Shown: positions 29,132 through 38,357 of the stretch, piece by piece
Position numbering within the stretch: position 1 is the first letter of the stretch
Layout: each line of letters opens with the position of its first letter
Source: a virus
Taxonomy: Duplodnaviria > Caudoviricetes
Strand: one strand, 5' to 3'
Length of the DNA stretch: 64,000 nucleotides
Virus record (IMG/VR): IMGVR_UViG_3300032007_000075
Coordinates: 7,587 to 71,586 of that record
Notes under the pieces: model-generated
The model's input: the letters and a program-made list of their open reading frames with translations, nothing else
The model's database searches: none
What the model was told of the DNA's origin: nothing
Made by a program: the position numbers and the translations under genes

Positions 29132-29443
29132 ATGGAAAGAAAGACATTAAGCATTAAGCGCATGGCATTGGCCCACGGATGGAACTGCCAGGAGGAGTCG
29201 AGGGCTGCTTGCGCCGTTGAGTATGAGCATGGCGCGAATGCCGTCTTGGATGTGATTAAAGGAGCCTGCATGAACGGTGTGTCCGTGGAAGACAAGTACG
29301 ACAATGTGCTGAAAGCCATCTATGACCTTGAAGGTGTAGAGCACGGCGACAGGATTATCCAGCGTTCCGTGTGGGATAAGTATGCCATCGTAATCCTCGT
29401 GCTCATCTTTGGCTGTGGCGTGTTGACGGGTATGTTTATTTAA
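29132..29443 (+). CDS. Hypothetical protein with a C-terminal TM helix
   Basis: 103 aa, ends YAIVILVLIFGCGVLTGMFI. Confidence 0.7.
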   Translation: MERKTLSIKRMALAHGWNCQEESRAACAVEYEHGANAVLDVIKGACMNGVSVEDKYDNVLKAIYDLEGVEHGDRIIQRSVWDKYAIVILVLIFGCGVLTGMFI

Positions 29444-29454
29444 AGGTATAAGTT

Positions 29455-29868
29455 ATGACTGAGACGAGAGTATCAATGTCGCCGGAGGAGTTCGACAGGC
29501 TCCGCGAGTGCGAGAGGGAATGTAAGGAACTGCAGAAGCGGATTGCCGAGGTCGAGACGGCGCGTGGGCACTACGTACACAAGGAGGTCAGGATCCTTCC
29601 CCTGCAGATGTCCGCTGCCGAGGAACTGGAGTTCGCGAACAAGATTCAGTTTGAGATTATGTCCGACGAGGAGGTGCTGGCCGAGGCCCGTCTGGAGTTG
29701 GAACGCACGAAGGTGGCTATGGCCGCGCTGGTCTCTGCCTTCAAGCGTCGCGGCGAGGTCATCAAGGAACTGGAAGGCCGTTCGCTATGGCAGCGCATTA
29801 TCAACAAGCGTTCCGCCCTCGCCGACGTGCCACTTACCAACGATTTGGCAAACATCAAGGAGGACTGA
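29455..29868 (+). CDS. Hypothetical coiled-coil protein
   Basis: 137 aa. Confidence 0.7.
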   Translation: MTETRVSMSPEEFDRLRECERECKELQKRIAEVETARGHYVHKEVRILPLQMSAAEELEFANKIQFEIMSDEEVLAEARLELERTKVAMAALVSAFKRRGEVIKELEGRSLWQRIINKRSALADVPLTNDLANIKED

Positions 29869-29871
29869 CGG

Positions 29872-30333
29872 ATGACACTACACAGATTTATGTCAAAGCG
29901 GGAGCTTGTTGCGCTGGTGAAGGGAGAAGTGCTTCACAACGAGACCGACCACGGGGCGATGGGGCGTAAGACGGACAGCGTGGGCTTCTGCTTCTTCCCC
30001 GAGCCGCCCGACGAGGCGATACACTGGCTGTCGTTCATCGTCGATGCCGACGTCTGCGTGACGATGGAGATACCCGACGCGATGCTGCGCAAGTCGCGAG
30101 GCCGTTACCGCGACGTGGAGAAGGACAAGGGCAGTGGACTCTTCGACGATCCGCCGTTGCTATGGCGCACGGAATACTGCCTGACTGAGTACAGCCTGCA
30201 GACCGTCAGCGTGCTGCATGTCACCGACCAATACAAGTGGTATGGCCGCATACCAGAGAACGCTTCCTTCTTCGAGCGCATCGAGCGGCTCCGCATGGTG
30301 GGCGAAATGGAGAACAAACGATTGAAACATTAA
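29872..30333 (+). CDS. Hypothetical protein
   Basis: 153 aa, starts at the junction motif. Confidence 0.7.
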   Translation: MTLHRFMSKRELVALVKGEVLHNETDHGAMGRKTDSVGFCFFPEPPDEAIHWLSFIVDADVCVTMEIPDAMLRKSRGRYRDVEKDKGSGLFDDPPLLWRTEYCLTEYSLQTVSVLHVTDQYKWYGRIPENASFFERIERLRMVGEMENKRLKH

Positions 30334-30340
30334 AAAATTA

Positions 30341-30622
30341 GTGAATATGATTAACAACTTCAAACTGACGGGCGATTTCTATGACGACGTGAAGAAGGTC
30401 AACGAGGCCATCTGCTATCTGAAAGGCATGATTGACTTTCTCGAAAAGGAGCGCATGGAACGCGACAAAGGGAAACCTGCAACAGAACTGTTCATCCGCA
30501 TCAACGACCTGAAAATGGCGACGGAGAAGATGGTTGCCGAGAGTGAGCGGCTTGTGCGTGCTGCCGACATCGAGCACTACGGGCCATTGAGTAAATACGC
30601 AAGACCATATTTAGCATATTAG
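30341..30622 (+). CDS. Hypothetical protein
   Basis: About 91-93 aa. Confidence 0.65.
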   Translation: MNMINNFKLTGDFYDDVKKVNEAICYLKGMIDFLEKERMERDKGKPATELFIRINDLKMATEKMVAESERLVRAADIEHYGPLSKYARPYLAY

Positions 30623-30627
30623 GACGT

Positions 30628-31185
30628 ATGAAAACAGATAACTACTTAGACCCCGAGCGGCTGGCAAAGTTGCAGCAGCGGATATGGGACGTGGCCACGG
30701 CGCACGGCTGGCATGAGCAACCAATATCGACGGCACAGTATTGCGGACTGATAATGACCGAAATGGCAGAAGCCGTTGAAGCCGATCGCAACGGCAGGCG
30801 GTTTAAGCTGACGTCGGCACCGCCCGAACACCCGCAATGGTTCCAAGGCTGGTATCAGGAGTGGGTGAAGGGCACCATCGAAGAAGAGTTTGCCGACGTG
30901 GTGATTCGTGTGCTCGACATGGCGCAGGAAGTTCACGGCGACAAGATGCGCTGGCTCGGCTACTACCCATACGGCCAAGTGTATCAGGAAAAGGAGAGCT
31001 TCATCGAGAATGCCTGGTACTTCATCCGCGAGGTGCTGAACTGGGGCACGATGAACATCAGCGACTCGGTGTCGTTCATGTTCGACTGGGCGCAAGACCT
31101 CGACGTCGACCTCTGGCAGCACATCGAGTGGAAGATGAAGTACAACGAACTCCGTCCGTACAAGCACGGCGGCAAGAAATATTAA
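30628..31185 (+). CDS. MazG-like nucleotide pyrophosphohydrolase family protein
   Basis: HGWH...IMTEMAEAVEADR...EEEFADVVIR...HIEWKMKYNELRPYKHGGKKY. Confidence 0.8.
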   Translation: MKTDNYLDPERLAKLQQRIWDVATAHGWHEQPISTAQYCGLIMTEMAEAVEADRNGRRFKLTSAPPEHPQWFQGWYQEWVKGTIEEEFADVVIRVLDMAQEVHGDKMRWLGYYPYGQVYQEKESFIENAWYFIREVLNWGTMNISDSVSFMFDWAQDLDVDLWQHIEWKMKYNELRPYKHGGKKY

Positions 31186-31191
31186 GGAGGG

Positions 31192-31662
31192 TTGACGATG
31201 CAGATTTGTTTAGTAGGATATCTCGACAATACACCAGAGAACAAGCAGATGCTCGACACCTACGAATTGCGGAATGACTTCTGGGCTGAGAACTTTGCCT
31301 TTCGCCGCCGCGATGGCAAGCAAGTAACGGAGGAAGAGCTGAGAGAGGTATCGAAGTGGATTGACCGCGAGATTGTAAAGAAGCACCGCACGAACTGGCT
31401 CAGCAACCGCGAAACGCCGTACATCGACGTGAAGGATCCTGAACTCATAAAGAAGTATTGTCCTTGGATGAGCGACCAGGAGATTCAGGAGCAGTTGGAG
31501 GCGGAGCGTCGTTCGGAGGAACTTGCCGCGATTCGCGACCTGCCTTACGAGGAATGGAAGCGGCGGATGCTCGCCATTCCAGGCAGGCCAAACAATATGT
31601 TGACGGGTGATACTGAACCGATGAATCTACCAAAGCAAATGGAATTAAGATTTGAGGATTAA
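31192..31662 (+). CDS. Hypothetical protein
   Basis: About 154 aa (ATG at 31198). Confidence 0.65.
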   Translation: MTMQICLVGYLDNTPENKQMLDTYELRNDFWAENFAFRRRDGKQVTEEELREVSKWIDREIVKKHRTNWLSNRETPYIDVKDPELIKKYCPWMSDQEIQEQLEAERRSEELAAIRDLPYEEWKRRMLAIPGRPNNMLTGDTEPMNLPKQMELRFED

Positions 31663-31674
31663 AATAAATGTGAT

Positions 31675-32046
31675 ATGAACAAAGAAGAATTGATTGAGAA
31701 GATGGCCGATGCTATCAAGAAGATGAAGGAAGAGACCAACAAGGGAGTCATCAAGGACCACACGATTAACTCCGTAGTGAATTGGAAGACAGGCAAGGAA
31801 GCGGGTCAGGCTGCTGTGCTGACCTGCGGTACGAAGTTTGAGTACACCGAGGACGTGCTGAACCATTGGAAGGATCAACTTGGTGCCGATGAGTTTCGCT
31901 TTAAGGTGAACGGCACGCGGTTGTATATCACGTTTATTGCCTATTACAAGGAGGACAAGCGTAAGGCTGACAGTAAGAAACTGATGCAGGCTATCAACGG
32001 CGAACTTGCCAAAGACGGGCTGCATATACCAACGGAGATGAAGTGA
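31675..32046 (+). CDS. Hypothetical protein
   Basis: 123 aa. Confidence 0.7.
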   Translation: MNKEELIEKMADAIKKMKEETNKGVIKDHTINSVVNWKTGKEAGQAAVLTCGTKFEYTEDVLNHWKDQLGADEFRFKVNGTRLYITFIAYYKEDKRKADSKKLMQAINGELAKDGLHIPTEMK

Positions 32047-32378
32047 CTATGGCAAACGTACAACCGACAACAGAGGACATTATGAAGTCCATTCCATTGA
32101 CCCCGCAGGTCATCGGGCAGTTCACGGATTTCCTTGTGAATCCGAAGAAGTATAATTGCGACTACAAACCGCTGAAGGAGTGCTTCGTGGAGGGCGACCA
32201 CTACGAACCGCAGCACCTGCTCTACCAGCAGTACGTGGACTATATCAAGAAGCCGCTGCCGAAGGTGGTGTTCTACATCATCATGCGGGAGCAGTTTCCA
32301 GAGTATTTCGGCAAGGACGACCGCCCTGGTCAGCGCGGCGACCTCGGGTATAAACTGAAATTAAATGTGGAGGACTGA
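32043..32378 (+). CDS. Hypothetical protein
   Basis: 111 aa. Confidence 0.65.
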   Translation: MTMANVQPTTEDIMKSIPLTPQVIGQFTDFLVNPKKYNCDYKPLKECFVEGDHYEPQHLLYQQYVDYIKKPLPKVVFYIIMREQFPEYFGKDDRPGQRGDLGYKLKLNVED

Positions 32379-32380
32379 CG

Positions 32381-32737
32381 ATGAAAGTTATCACTCACGA
32401 AAACCTATGGTGGTGGGGTAAGTCATACACGCTCATCACAGATGATGGCAAAAGCATGGTTGAACTCGCCATTGAGGATGACGAGGAGCGCAATTACTTT
32501 GGTACGATCCAATCGTTGATGGTGCATGAATCGGTACGCCTGCAGGGCAGAGGGAATGCCTTGCTGAAACTTGCCGAGGAAAAGGCGAAGGCGGTCGGGC
32601 TGAGACAGGTCGTACTCTGCGCTCGGAAGGGGACGTTTCTCATTCCCTGGTATCAGCGCAACGGTTACGAGATTTACGACGAGAATCCCGAATACTCGAA
32701 AGGAAACACAGTGGCAATGAACAAATATTTCGATTGA
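32381..32737 (+). CDS. GNAT-family N-acetyltransferase
   Basis: SLMVHESVRLQGRGNALL (acetyl-CoA motif A) and WYQRNGY. Confidence 0.85.
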   Translation: MKVITHENLWWWGKSYTLITDDGKSMVELAIEDDEERNYFGTIQSLMVHESVRLQGRGNALLKLAEEKAKAVGLRQVVLCARKGTFLIPWYQRNGYEIYDENPEYSKGNTVAMNKYFD

Positions 32738-32834
32738 CGAATGAGACTACCACGGAAACTGAGGAAAGGTTGTCGCATCAATTTAAAGACGAAACAAATT
32801 AAAACGGAGAAATAATTATGGGATTATTTAGAGA

Positions 32835-33035
32835 ATGGAGAGATCCGATGCGACTGAACGGGACGGACAGGAGTATCAAGGTGAAGGCGATCTGAATGAG
32901 AACTATGACGGATTTGGCAGCGGCTACGATGAGCATAAGAAATATCTGCCGTGTATGGCCATCCTCGAACGGTTGTCTGGTGACAATAGCAGGCTTTGGC
33001 GGCCGCTCCCATTTTTAAAGAAACTAAAAGAATAA
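32835..33035 (+). CDS. Hypothetical protein
   Basis: 66 aa. Confidence 0.5.
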   Translation: MERSDATERDGQEYQGEGDLNENYDGFGSGYDEHKKYLPCMAILERLSGDNSRLWRPLPFLKKLKE

Positions 33036-33039
33036 AGTT

Positions 33040-33261
33040 ATGAAAGCAAACAAAATACAACAATGTCTTTGTGATGTTATTCTTAGGGAACAAGCATTTT
33101 GGTGTGTGAGTAATGATATTACTTCTCCAACTCACCTTGTTGACATAGAAGAAGAGTGCTATGCACAATTAGGAAATTTACTCCTTGATGAAGATAGAGA
33201 GGAATTTCAAGACAAATTAAAGGATTTGTATTGGTTTATTAGAAAATTTGATAAAGTATGA
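33040..33261 (+). CDS. Hypothetical protein (MKAN start)
   Basis: 73 aa. Confidence 0.65.
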   Translation: MKANKIQQCLCDVILREQAFWCVSNDITSPTHLVDIEEECYAQLGNLLLDEDREEFQDKLKDLYWFIRKFDKV

Positions 33262-33653
33262 AAGCAAACGAATTGATGATTGGGGATTGGCTATATTATA
33301 AAGGTCAGTTCAACACTTTCCCTTTCAAAGTGGAGAGTATTACAAAGAAAAAGGTTGGCTATCATGCAGAGCCTAATGAACATCGTATGTACTATCTAAG
33401 ATTGAGTGAGTGCAAACCTATTCCACTAACCCCAGAGATTCTTGAAAGGAATGGCTTTGATAATGTTATATGGCAAGGTGAAGCATCATGGAGTTATCAC
33501 GAGAATGAAGTTTACGTTTGTATATCTGGTCGTAGTGGAGGAATAAAGCATTTTGGCTACAATGGATGGGATTCTAAGATTGCAATCTCCAGCGTCCACG
33601 AACTCCAACACGCATTAAAACCTTGTTGTATTGAAAAAGAAATTGAATTATGA
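33258..33653 (+). CDS. YopX-like phage protein (MKANELMIGDW...PIPLTPEILE.NGF)
   Basis: Characteristic ELMIGDW and PIPLTPEILE motifs. Confidence 0.7.
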   Translation: MKANELMIGDWLYYKGQFNTFPFKVESITKKKVGYHAEPNEHRMYYLRLSECKPIPLTPEILERNGFDNVIWQGEASWSYHENEVYVCISGRSGGIKHFGYNGWDSKIAISSVHELQHALKPCCIEKEIEL

Positions 33654-33925
33654 AAGCAAACGAAGCACCAGAGAGGATATATTGTGAATCTGACGGTCTT
33701 GGCAATATTGATAGAGCGCATAATATCAAGTGGCCTGATGATGAAGCAGAAAATGTAGAGTACACCCGCACTGATGCCTTTATTGAGAAGGCTTGCGAGT
33801 GGCTAAGAACTCATAGCGAGGTAGATTACTTTGAGCTGATTCCTGATGCAAACTATTGCGGTGCAGGTAATCTTAATAAAAAGAGAATGATTGAAGATTT
33901 TAGAAACTATATGAAAGGAGAGTAA
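33650..33925 (+). CDS. Hypothetical protein (MKAN start, KGE end)
   Basis: 91 aa. Confidence 0.7.
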   Translation: MKANEAPERIYCESDGLGNIDRAHNIKWPDDEAENVEYTRTDAFIEKACEWLRTHSEVDYFELIPDANYCGAGNLNKKRMIEDFRNYMKGE

Positions 33926-34018
33926 TAGTATGCATGAAGAAATTACAACAATTTGTGTTACAATGCTATTCTGCACACTTATTTTAAGTCTTGTGATTGC
34001 ATTTAAAAATAAATAGTT

Positions 34019-34345
34019 ATGGCACATTTAATAGACAAAGACGCTTTAGTAGCGGAGATAGAGAGACTTAAAACAAATGCTTTGCAGAAGAAAGAACAAT
34101 GTAAACGAAGAGGTTTGGAAAAGATAATGCATCAAATAGGTGCTTACAATAAGGTTCTTTCTTTCCTCGACACCCTTGAAGTGAAAGATTTGCCTATATG
34201 GGAAAAAGTAAGTCCAGACACAGGGCAAACGACACTTTACAAGGATGAATGTAAATCTTATTTAGAACGCTTTGGGTATCGGATTGATTTGGAAGATTTA
34301 GATAAGTTACCAAAGAAAAATCTTAAAGCACAGAAAGGAGAATAG
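34019..34345 (+). CDS. Hypothetical protein
   Basis: 108 aa, LIDKDALVAEIE start, KAQKGE end. Confidence 0.7.
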   Translation: MAHLIDKDALVAEIERLKTNALQKKEQCKRRGLEKIMHQIGAYNKVLSFLDTLEVKDLPIWEKVSPDTGQTTLYKDECKSYLERFGYRIDLEDLDKLPKKNLKAQKGE

Positions 34346-34347
34346 AT

Positions 34348-34548
34348 ATGACAGAAATTAAGAAAGGTAATTGTTATATGTGTCTTGAAGATATAAAAGG
34401 ATATGATTCTTTCACAAAAGGAAAGGTATATACAAGTATTTATGATAATGCACTTATAAACGACAATCATATAGAAGTACTAGTGAAGCCAAGTAATTTC
34501 TTTCGTATTGCAACAAAGCAAGAAATTAAAGCACAGAAAGGAGAATAA
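34348..34548 (+). CDS. Hypothetical protein
   Basis: 66 aa, KAQKGE end. Confidence 0.65.
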   Translation: MTEIKKGNCYMCLEDIKGYDSFTKGKVYTSIYDNALINDNHIEVLVKPSNFFRIATKQEIKAQKGE

Positions 34549-34550
34549 GT

Positions 34551-34724
34551 ATGACAGACAAATTAGAATTAAAGAGCAGCCATGAGGTTATAGATACCGT
34601 AAGTGTTGCAGATGTAGATAGTATCTTTCAAGGCAAGCCAACAGACCCAGACATTCTAACTGTGGTTATGAAAGGTGGAAGAAGGTTATATTGTGACGAG
34701 GTTTGTCCTGTTGACTCCTTATAA
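34551..34724 (+). CDS. Small hypothetical protein (57 aa)
   Basis: Hand-translated MTDKLELKSSHEVIDTVSV... Confidence 0.55.
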   Translation: MTDKLELKSSHEVIDTVSVADVDSIFQGKPTDPDILTVVMKGGRRLYCDEVCPVDSL

Positions 34725-34759
34725 GAAGAGTCTGTAAATAACATAAAAAGGAACAAGAT

Positions 34760-35221
34760 ATGGCAATTATCAACGTAACAAAGAAGAATTTCTCGAAGCT
34801 GGTCTCAGAGAAGATCGACGATTTGGGAATTGGTGGTATGTTTGCATCGGCCCTCATGGGTGGTAAGGACAAACTAAAGGAGGCGATGGCGGATATGCCC
34901 GACGAGCAACTGCTATGGGTAAATACCGACCACGTGGTGGCGGTGTCGGACATGACGAAGATTGCAGAGACGGGCGACCTCGTGTTCCGCATCTTCTTCA
35001 AGTACACCACCAGCAAGGACGAAGCCATCTGGATCAAGGGCGACGATTACAAGCGGTTCATCCTAGCGTGGGCTGGCGAGGTGAAGTATATCAATGAGGG
35101 CGAGTACGAGGTGCCCAGCGGCTACCGCGCCGTGGTCAGCGAGGACGGCAGCAAGGTGACGGTCAAGAAGAATGAGTACACTGTTGAAAACGACCAAAAT
35201 ACTGACACGGGCAAAATGTAG
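34760..35221 (+). CDS. Hypothetical protein
   Basis: 153 aa. Confidence 0.7.
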   Translation: MAIINVTKKNFSKLVSEKIDDLGIGGMFASALMGGKDKLKEAMADMPDEQLLWVNTDHVVAVSDMTKIAETGDLVFRIFFKYTTSKDEAIWIKGDDYKRFILAWAGEVKYINEGEYEVPSGYRAVVSEDGSKVTVKKNEYTVENDQNTDTGKM

Positions 35222-35242
35222 AACGAACCAAATGATGACACA

Positions 35243-35530
35243 ATGAAAAGACTGCCGATAGTGGATCCTGCGAACCGAAAGCAGATGATGACCGAGGCGG
35301 AACGCGCCCGACAGGAGAAGTCGCGCGAAATCGCCAAGTTGATGAAGGAACAGGGACTGATTCTCGACAAACAGCGCATCTTCGACCGATGGATTATCCG
35401 ATTCCGAAAGAAAAGCGACATGACGCCGGTGCATACGCTGCGGGGCATGAACGAGGACACGTTGCTCGGAAATATGCTGGCGTGGCTGCAGAAGCGGGTG
35501 GAGAAGCAGGCGAAAAAGGAAAAAACTTGA
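35243..35530 (+). CDS. Hypothetical basic protein; last gene of the plus-strand block
   Basis: 95 aa. Confidence 0.65.
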   Translation: MKRLPIVDPANRKQMMTEAERARQEKSREIAKLMKEQGLILDKQRIFDRWIIRFRKKSDMTPVHTLRGMNEDTLLGNMLAWLQKRVEKQAKKEKT

Positions 35531-35588
35531 AATAGGCGAATACTATTCCTAGCGAAACAAAATTCATAATATTAAAAAAGAATGAGCA

Positions 35589-37100
35589 TTACTGCCCATC
35601 CTTCTTCTTCCCTGTTTTAGGCTTGTCAGCTTTCTTCTTGGCCGAAGATTTCTTGGGTTTATCATCTTTGATCTTTTCCTGAGTGCTGACAGGCTCCGAC
35701 GCTTTCTCCTTGTCCTCTGTTTCGTGAAGTTTGCGGTTCTCTTCCTCGATATAGGTTATCAACGGATAATAGTTCATCGCCTCTTTCTCGCCAATCAGTT
35801 CGACAAGTCTTGGAAACTTTACTTCTTTTGCAGATTTCAGTCTAACGTCGCTCGCAGGCTTGTCCTTGCGCTTGAGATAGCGGAGAATGTCGGAGACTTC
35901 TTCTTTCTTCGCTTCCTCGGCCTTCAGGCGGGCGGCGTACTCGGGGTTGTCCGTCTTGATGGCGAGTTTGACACGGGCGTCGATGGCAGGATTGTCCTTC
36001 TTCACCTTTTCATAATACGGGCGGGTGATGTGCAGCACCTTCTCGATATCCACGCCACGGAAGCGCTGTTTGAAACGCTCGATGTACGGCAGGTCGATAC
36101 TGAGGCGCTTGAACTGCACGGCGAGTTCCTCGTCGACAGCCTGGTAGATGGCCATGTAGCCCTCTACGGCTTCTTTCGCCTGTTGGGCGTAGGGCGCAAT
36201 CTGGTCGGGCGAGGCACCCATGTCGGCCATCGTCTTGGCACGTTCGGAGGCACTTTCGGCGGTGACACGCAGACCGCGCACCGTCTCGATACGCTTCTTC
36301 AGGTCGTCGGAGCAGAGCCAGGCGAGGTCGGAGAGGCGCAGGCGGTCCTGTTCGATGCGGTCCTGATAGACCTCACTCATCGTGGGACAGGGTAAACCAC
36401 CCTCGGCAGGCTGACCTTCGCGACGGTCGGCACTGCCTGCAGGTGGGGTTGTGACTTCTATGGCGGCGGCCCCGGGTGCGGAAGTTACGGACGCACCCTT
36501 GGCAACAACGGAGGGTTGTGTATCGGTTGGAAACAGACTCGGATTCTGTTTCTCGTATTCGGCCTTCTTGGCGGCCTTCTCGGCGGCCACCTCGGCATTG
36601 TTCTTCTCGCGGGGCGCCTTGTCAGAGACAATCACCTCGACGCCCATCAGTTTGGCGATCACCATCTGCTTCTCCATCTCGGGGTCTGTAGGCTTCGGCA
36701 TCTCGATGCCTTTCTTGCGGGCCTCGATCTCGGCGGCACTCGGACGGCCACGTCGACGGGCTGGTACGGTCGGTGCCACGAGGGCGTAAGTGTGGCCGTC
36801 ACTGCCCTTCAGTGCAAGTCCCTTAGCCACCTCGCCCTTGATTTTATCGACATAAATACGCAGGCGGTGGGCACGGGCGGCATAGTCGCCGTAGCGCACG
36901 GCCTTGTCAACGAAGTCGCGGGCGAACTGGAAGGCGTAGAGCAGCTGCAGGCCCGTCTCCATGTCCTTGCGCGACGACTGCTCCCAGGCGTCGCCGATCC
37001 GTTCGAGCACGGGTAGCTTCTCATCGCAGAACTTTGTCAGGTCGGTTACGTAGCGTAATTGTTCATCAGGTGTCATTTGTGAATAAAGTTTCTGTTCCAT
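35589..37100 (-). CDS. Hypothetical protein (about 503 aa, AT-hook-like RRRGRP, Lys-rich tail)
   Basis: Likely start MEQKL at 37100, downstream of promoter 37125-37159. Confidence 0.75.
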   Translation of the reverse strand: MEQKLYSQMTPDEQLRYVTDLTKFCDEKLPVLERIGDAWEQSSRKDMETGLQLLYAFQFARDFVDKAVRYGDYAARAHRLRIYVDKIKGEVAKGLALKGSDGHTYALVAPTVPARRRGRPSAAEIEARKKGIEMPKPTDPEMEKQMVIAKLMGVEVIVSDKAPREKNNAEVAAEKAAKKAEYEKQNPSLFPTDTQPSVVAKGASVTSAPGAAAIEVTTPPAGSADRREGQPAEGGLPCPTMSEVYQDRIEQDRLRLSDLAWLCSDDLKKRIETVRGLRVTAESASERAKTMADMGASPDQIAPYAQQAKEAVEGYMAIYQAVDEELAVQFKRLSIDLPYIERFKQRFRGVDIEKVLHITRPYYEKVKKDNPAIDARVKLAIKTDNPEYAARLKAEEAKKEEVSDILRYLKRKDKPASDVRLKSAKEVKFPRLVELIGEKEAMNYYPLITYIEEENRKLHETEDKEKASEPVSTQEKIKDDKPKKSSAKKKADKPKTGKKKDGQ

Positions 37101-37124
37101 AAGTTTTGTTGTTTGATTACAGGG

Positions 37125-37159
37125 CAAAGGTAACACCTTTTATTATATATAATGGGACA
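37125..37159 (-). promoter_or_regulatory. Phage-type promoter TGTCCCA-N20-TACCTTTG
   Basis: Exact motif and spacing. Confidence 0.65.
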
Positions 37160-37161
37160 AG

Positions 37162-37192
37162 AAAAACCCCGCGCCAACTCGTGACGCGGGGT
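37162..37192 (-). terminator. Intrinsic terminator after the tail-tube gene
   Basis: CCCCGCG/CGCGGGG stem followed by a T tract on the minus strand. Confidence 0.7.
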
Positions 37193-37322
37193 GACTACTA
37201 ACCTAAAATCAAGTCAACTTATGAAACCATTCAAATTGCTTTCGATTATGGTTCTTCGGGAGAATCGTCGGGCTCCTCGGTGGGAGCTGGTGACGGTTGT
37301 TCAGCCGGAGCGGTGCCGGCGG

Positions 37323-37871
37323 TTATTCCCCCATCAAGCCGTCCCATCCACCAGTCTGCGGCTCAGTGACGTAGAGCAGAGGATATTTGACGGGCTTGAG
37401 CTTGAACTCGCAAGTGGCCTGACGATCAGAGTCGGCTGTATCACCAGTGTCACCAGCGATGCCGCCTGAGTCAGCCTCGCAACGGCGCTGCGGGTCGTAC
37501 ATAATCAGACTCTCGTCACCATCTTTTACGATGAAGAACAGGTCGAGATTATTGAGGGCGCGACCAGCCTTCGAGAAGACCTTGTTGAGAGACTCGATGA
37601 CGATTGTGATCGTGAGCTCGTAGCCCTTGCGGGGACCGAGGCTTGAGAAAGCAATCTTCTGGGCCTCGTTCTTGCCCTGAATCTTATACAATCCCTTACC
37701 GCTAGCGAAGGCGGGCGTCGAATAGACATTCTCCTCGGCGGTCAGGGGAGCCGACAGGTCAGACTTGATACCGACATAGACGTCGGCGCTGATGCCAGCC
37801 AAATTCTCCAAACAGTCGTCTGCTTTGAGAATATTCATCATTGTTGGACAATTCTGTGCCATATAATTCAA
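37323..37871 (-). CDS. Probable major tail (tube) protein
   Basis: 182 aa downstream of the capsid; CLENLAGI start and DSGGIAGDTG..DSDR motif typical of Bacteroidales siphophage tube proteins (from recall). Confidence 0.65.
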   Translation of the reverse strand: MNYMAQNCPTMMNILKADDCLENLAGISADVYVGIKSDLSAPLTAEENVYSTPAFASGKGLYKIQGKNEAQKIAFSSLGPRKGYELTITIVIESLNKVFSKAGRALNNLDLFFIVKDGDESLIMYDPQRRCEADSGGIAGDTGDTADSDRQATCEFKLKPVKYPLLYVTEPQTGGWDGLMGE

Positions 37872-37967
37872 TGTTTTTGTGTGGTTACTACTTTTACTTA
37901 GAAAAGGGAGGGAGCCCGTCGGCGGGCGATATTGCGCCTGGGGCTCCCCTACCCCCTTTGTGAGAGA

Positions 37968-38357
37968 TTAGTCATCCAGGTCGGTGTCCTCACCGCCGCC
38001 CTGACCTACGTCAGCGAGGGGTGTGATAGTCACCAGGATGCCGGCTTCGTTACCTTCTGCGTCGTAGAGCGGGTACTTGGTCTCACCATCGGCGGCTGCC
38101 GTTGCGATGATGTAGAACTTACGTCCTACCCACTCTGGAATTGAGTTCTCCTTCACCTCGACCTCGATGTACTCCTGTCCACCAAAGGTCTTCTTCTCGC
38201 CTGTGGTCTCGGCTACGCCCGTGGCGTACTCAGTCTGACCATCGGCGCTGAAGCTGGTGAAATTGTAACTGACCTTTTCGGGTTCCTGCGGCTCGGGCTG
38301 TTGTGGCTCGGGCTCTGGTGCAGGCGTTTGATTAGCCGGGTCGCCTCCGGCTATCAT
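37968..38357 (-). CDS. Pro/Glu-linker protein; possible -1 frameshift extension of the capsid or a coupled decoration gene
   Basis: ATG overlaps the capsid TGA; begins MIAGGDPANQTPAPEPEPQQPEPQEPE. Confidence 0.65.
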   Translation of the reverse strand: MIAGGDPANQTPAPEPEPQQPEPQEPEKVSYNFTSFSADGQTEYATGVAETTGEKKTFGGQEYIEVEVKENSIPEWVGRKFYIIATAAADGETKYPLYDAEGNEAGILVTITPLADVGQGGGEDTDLDD

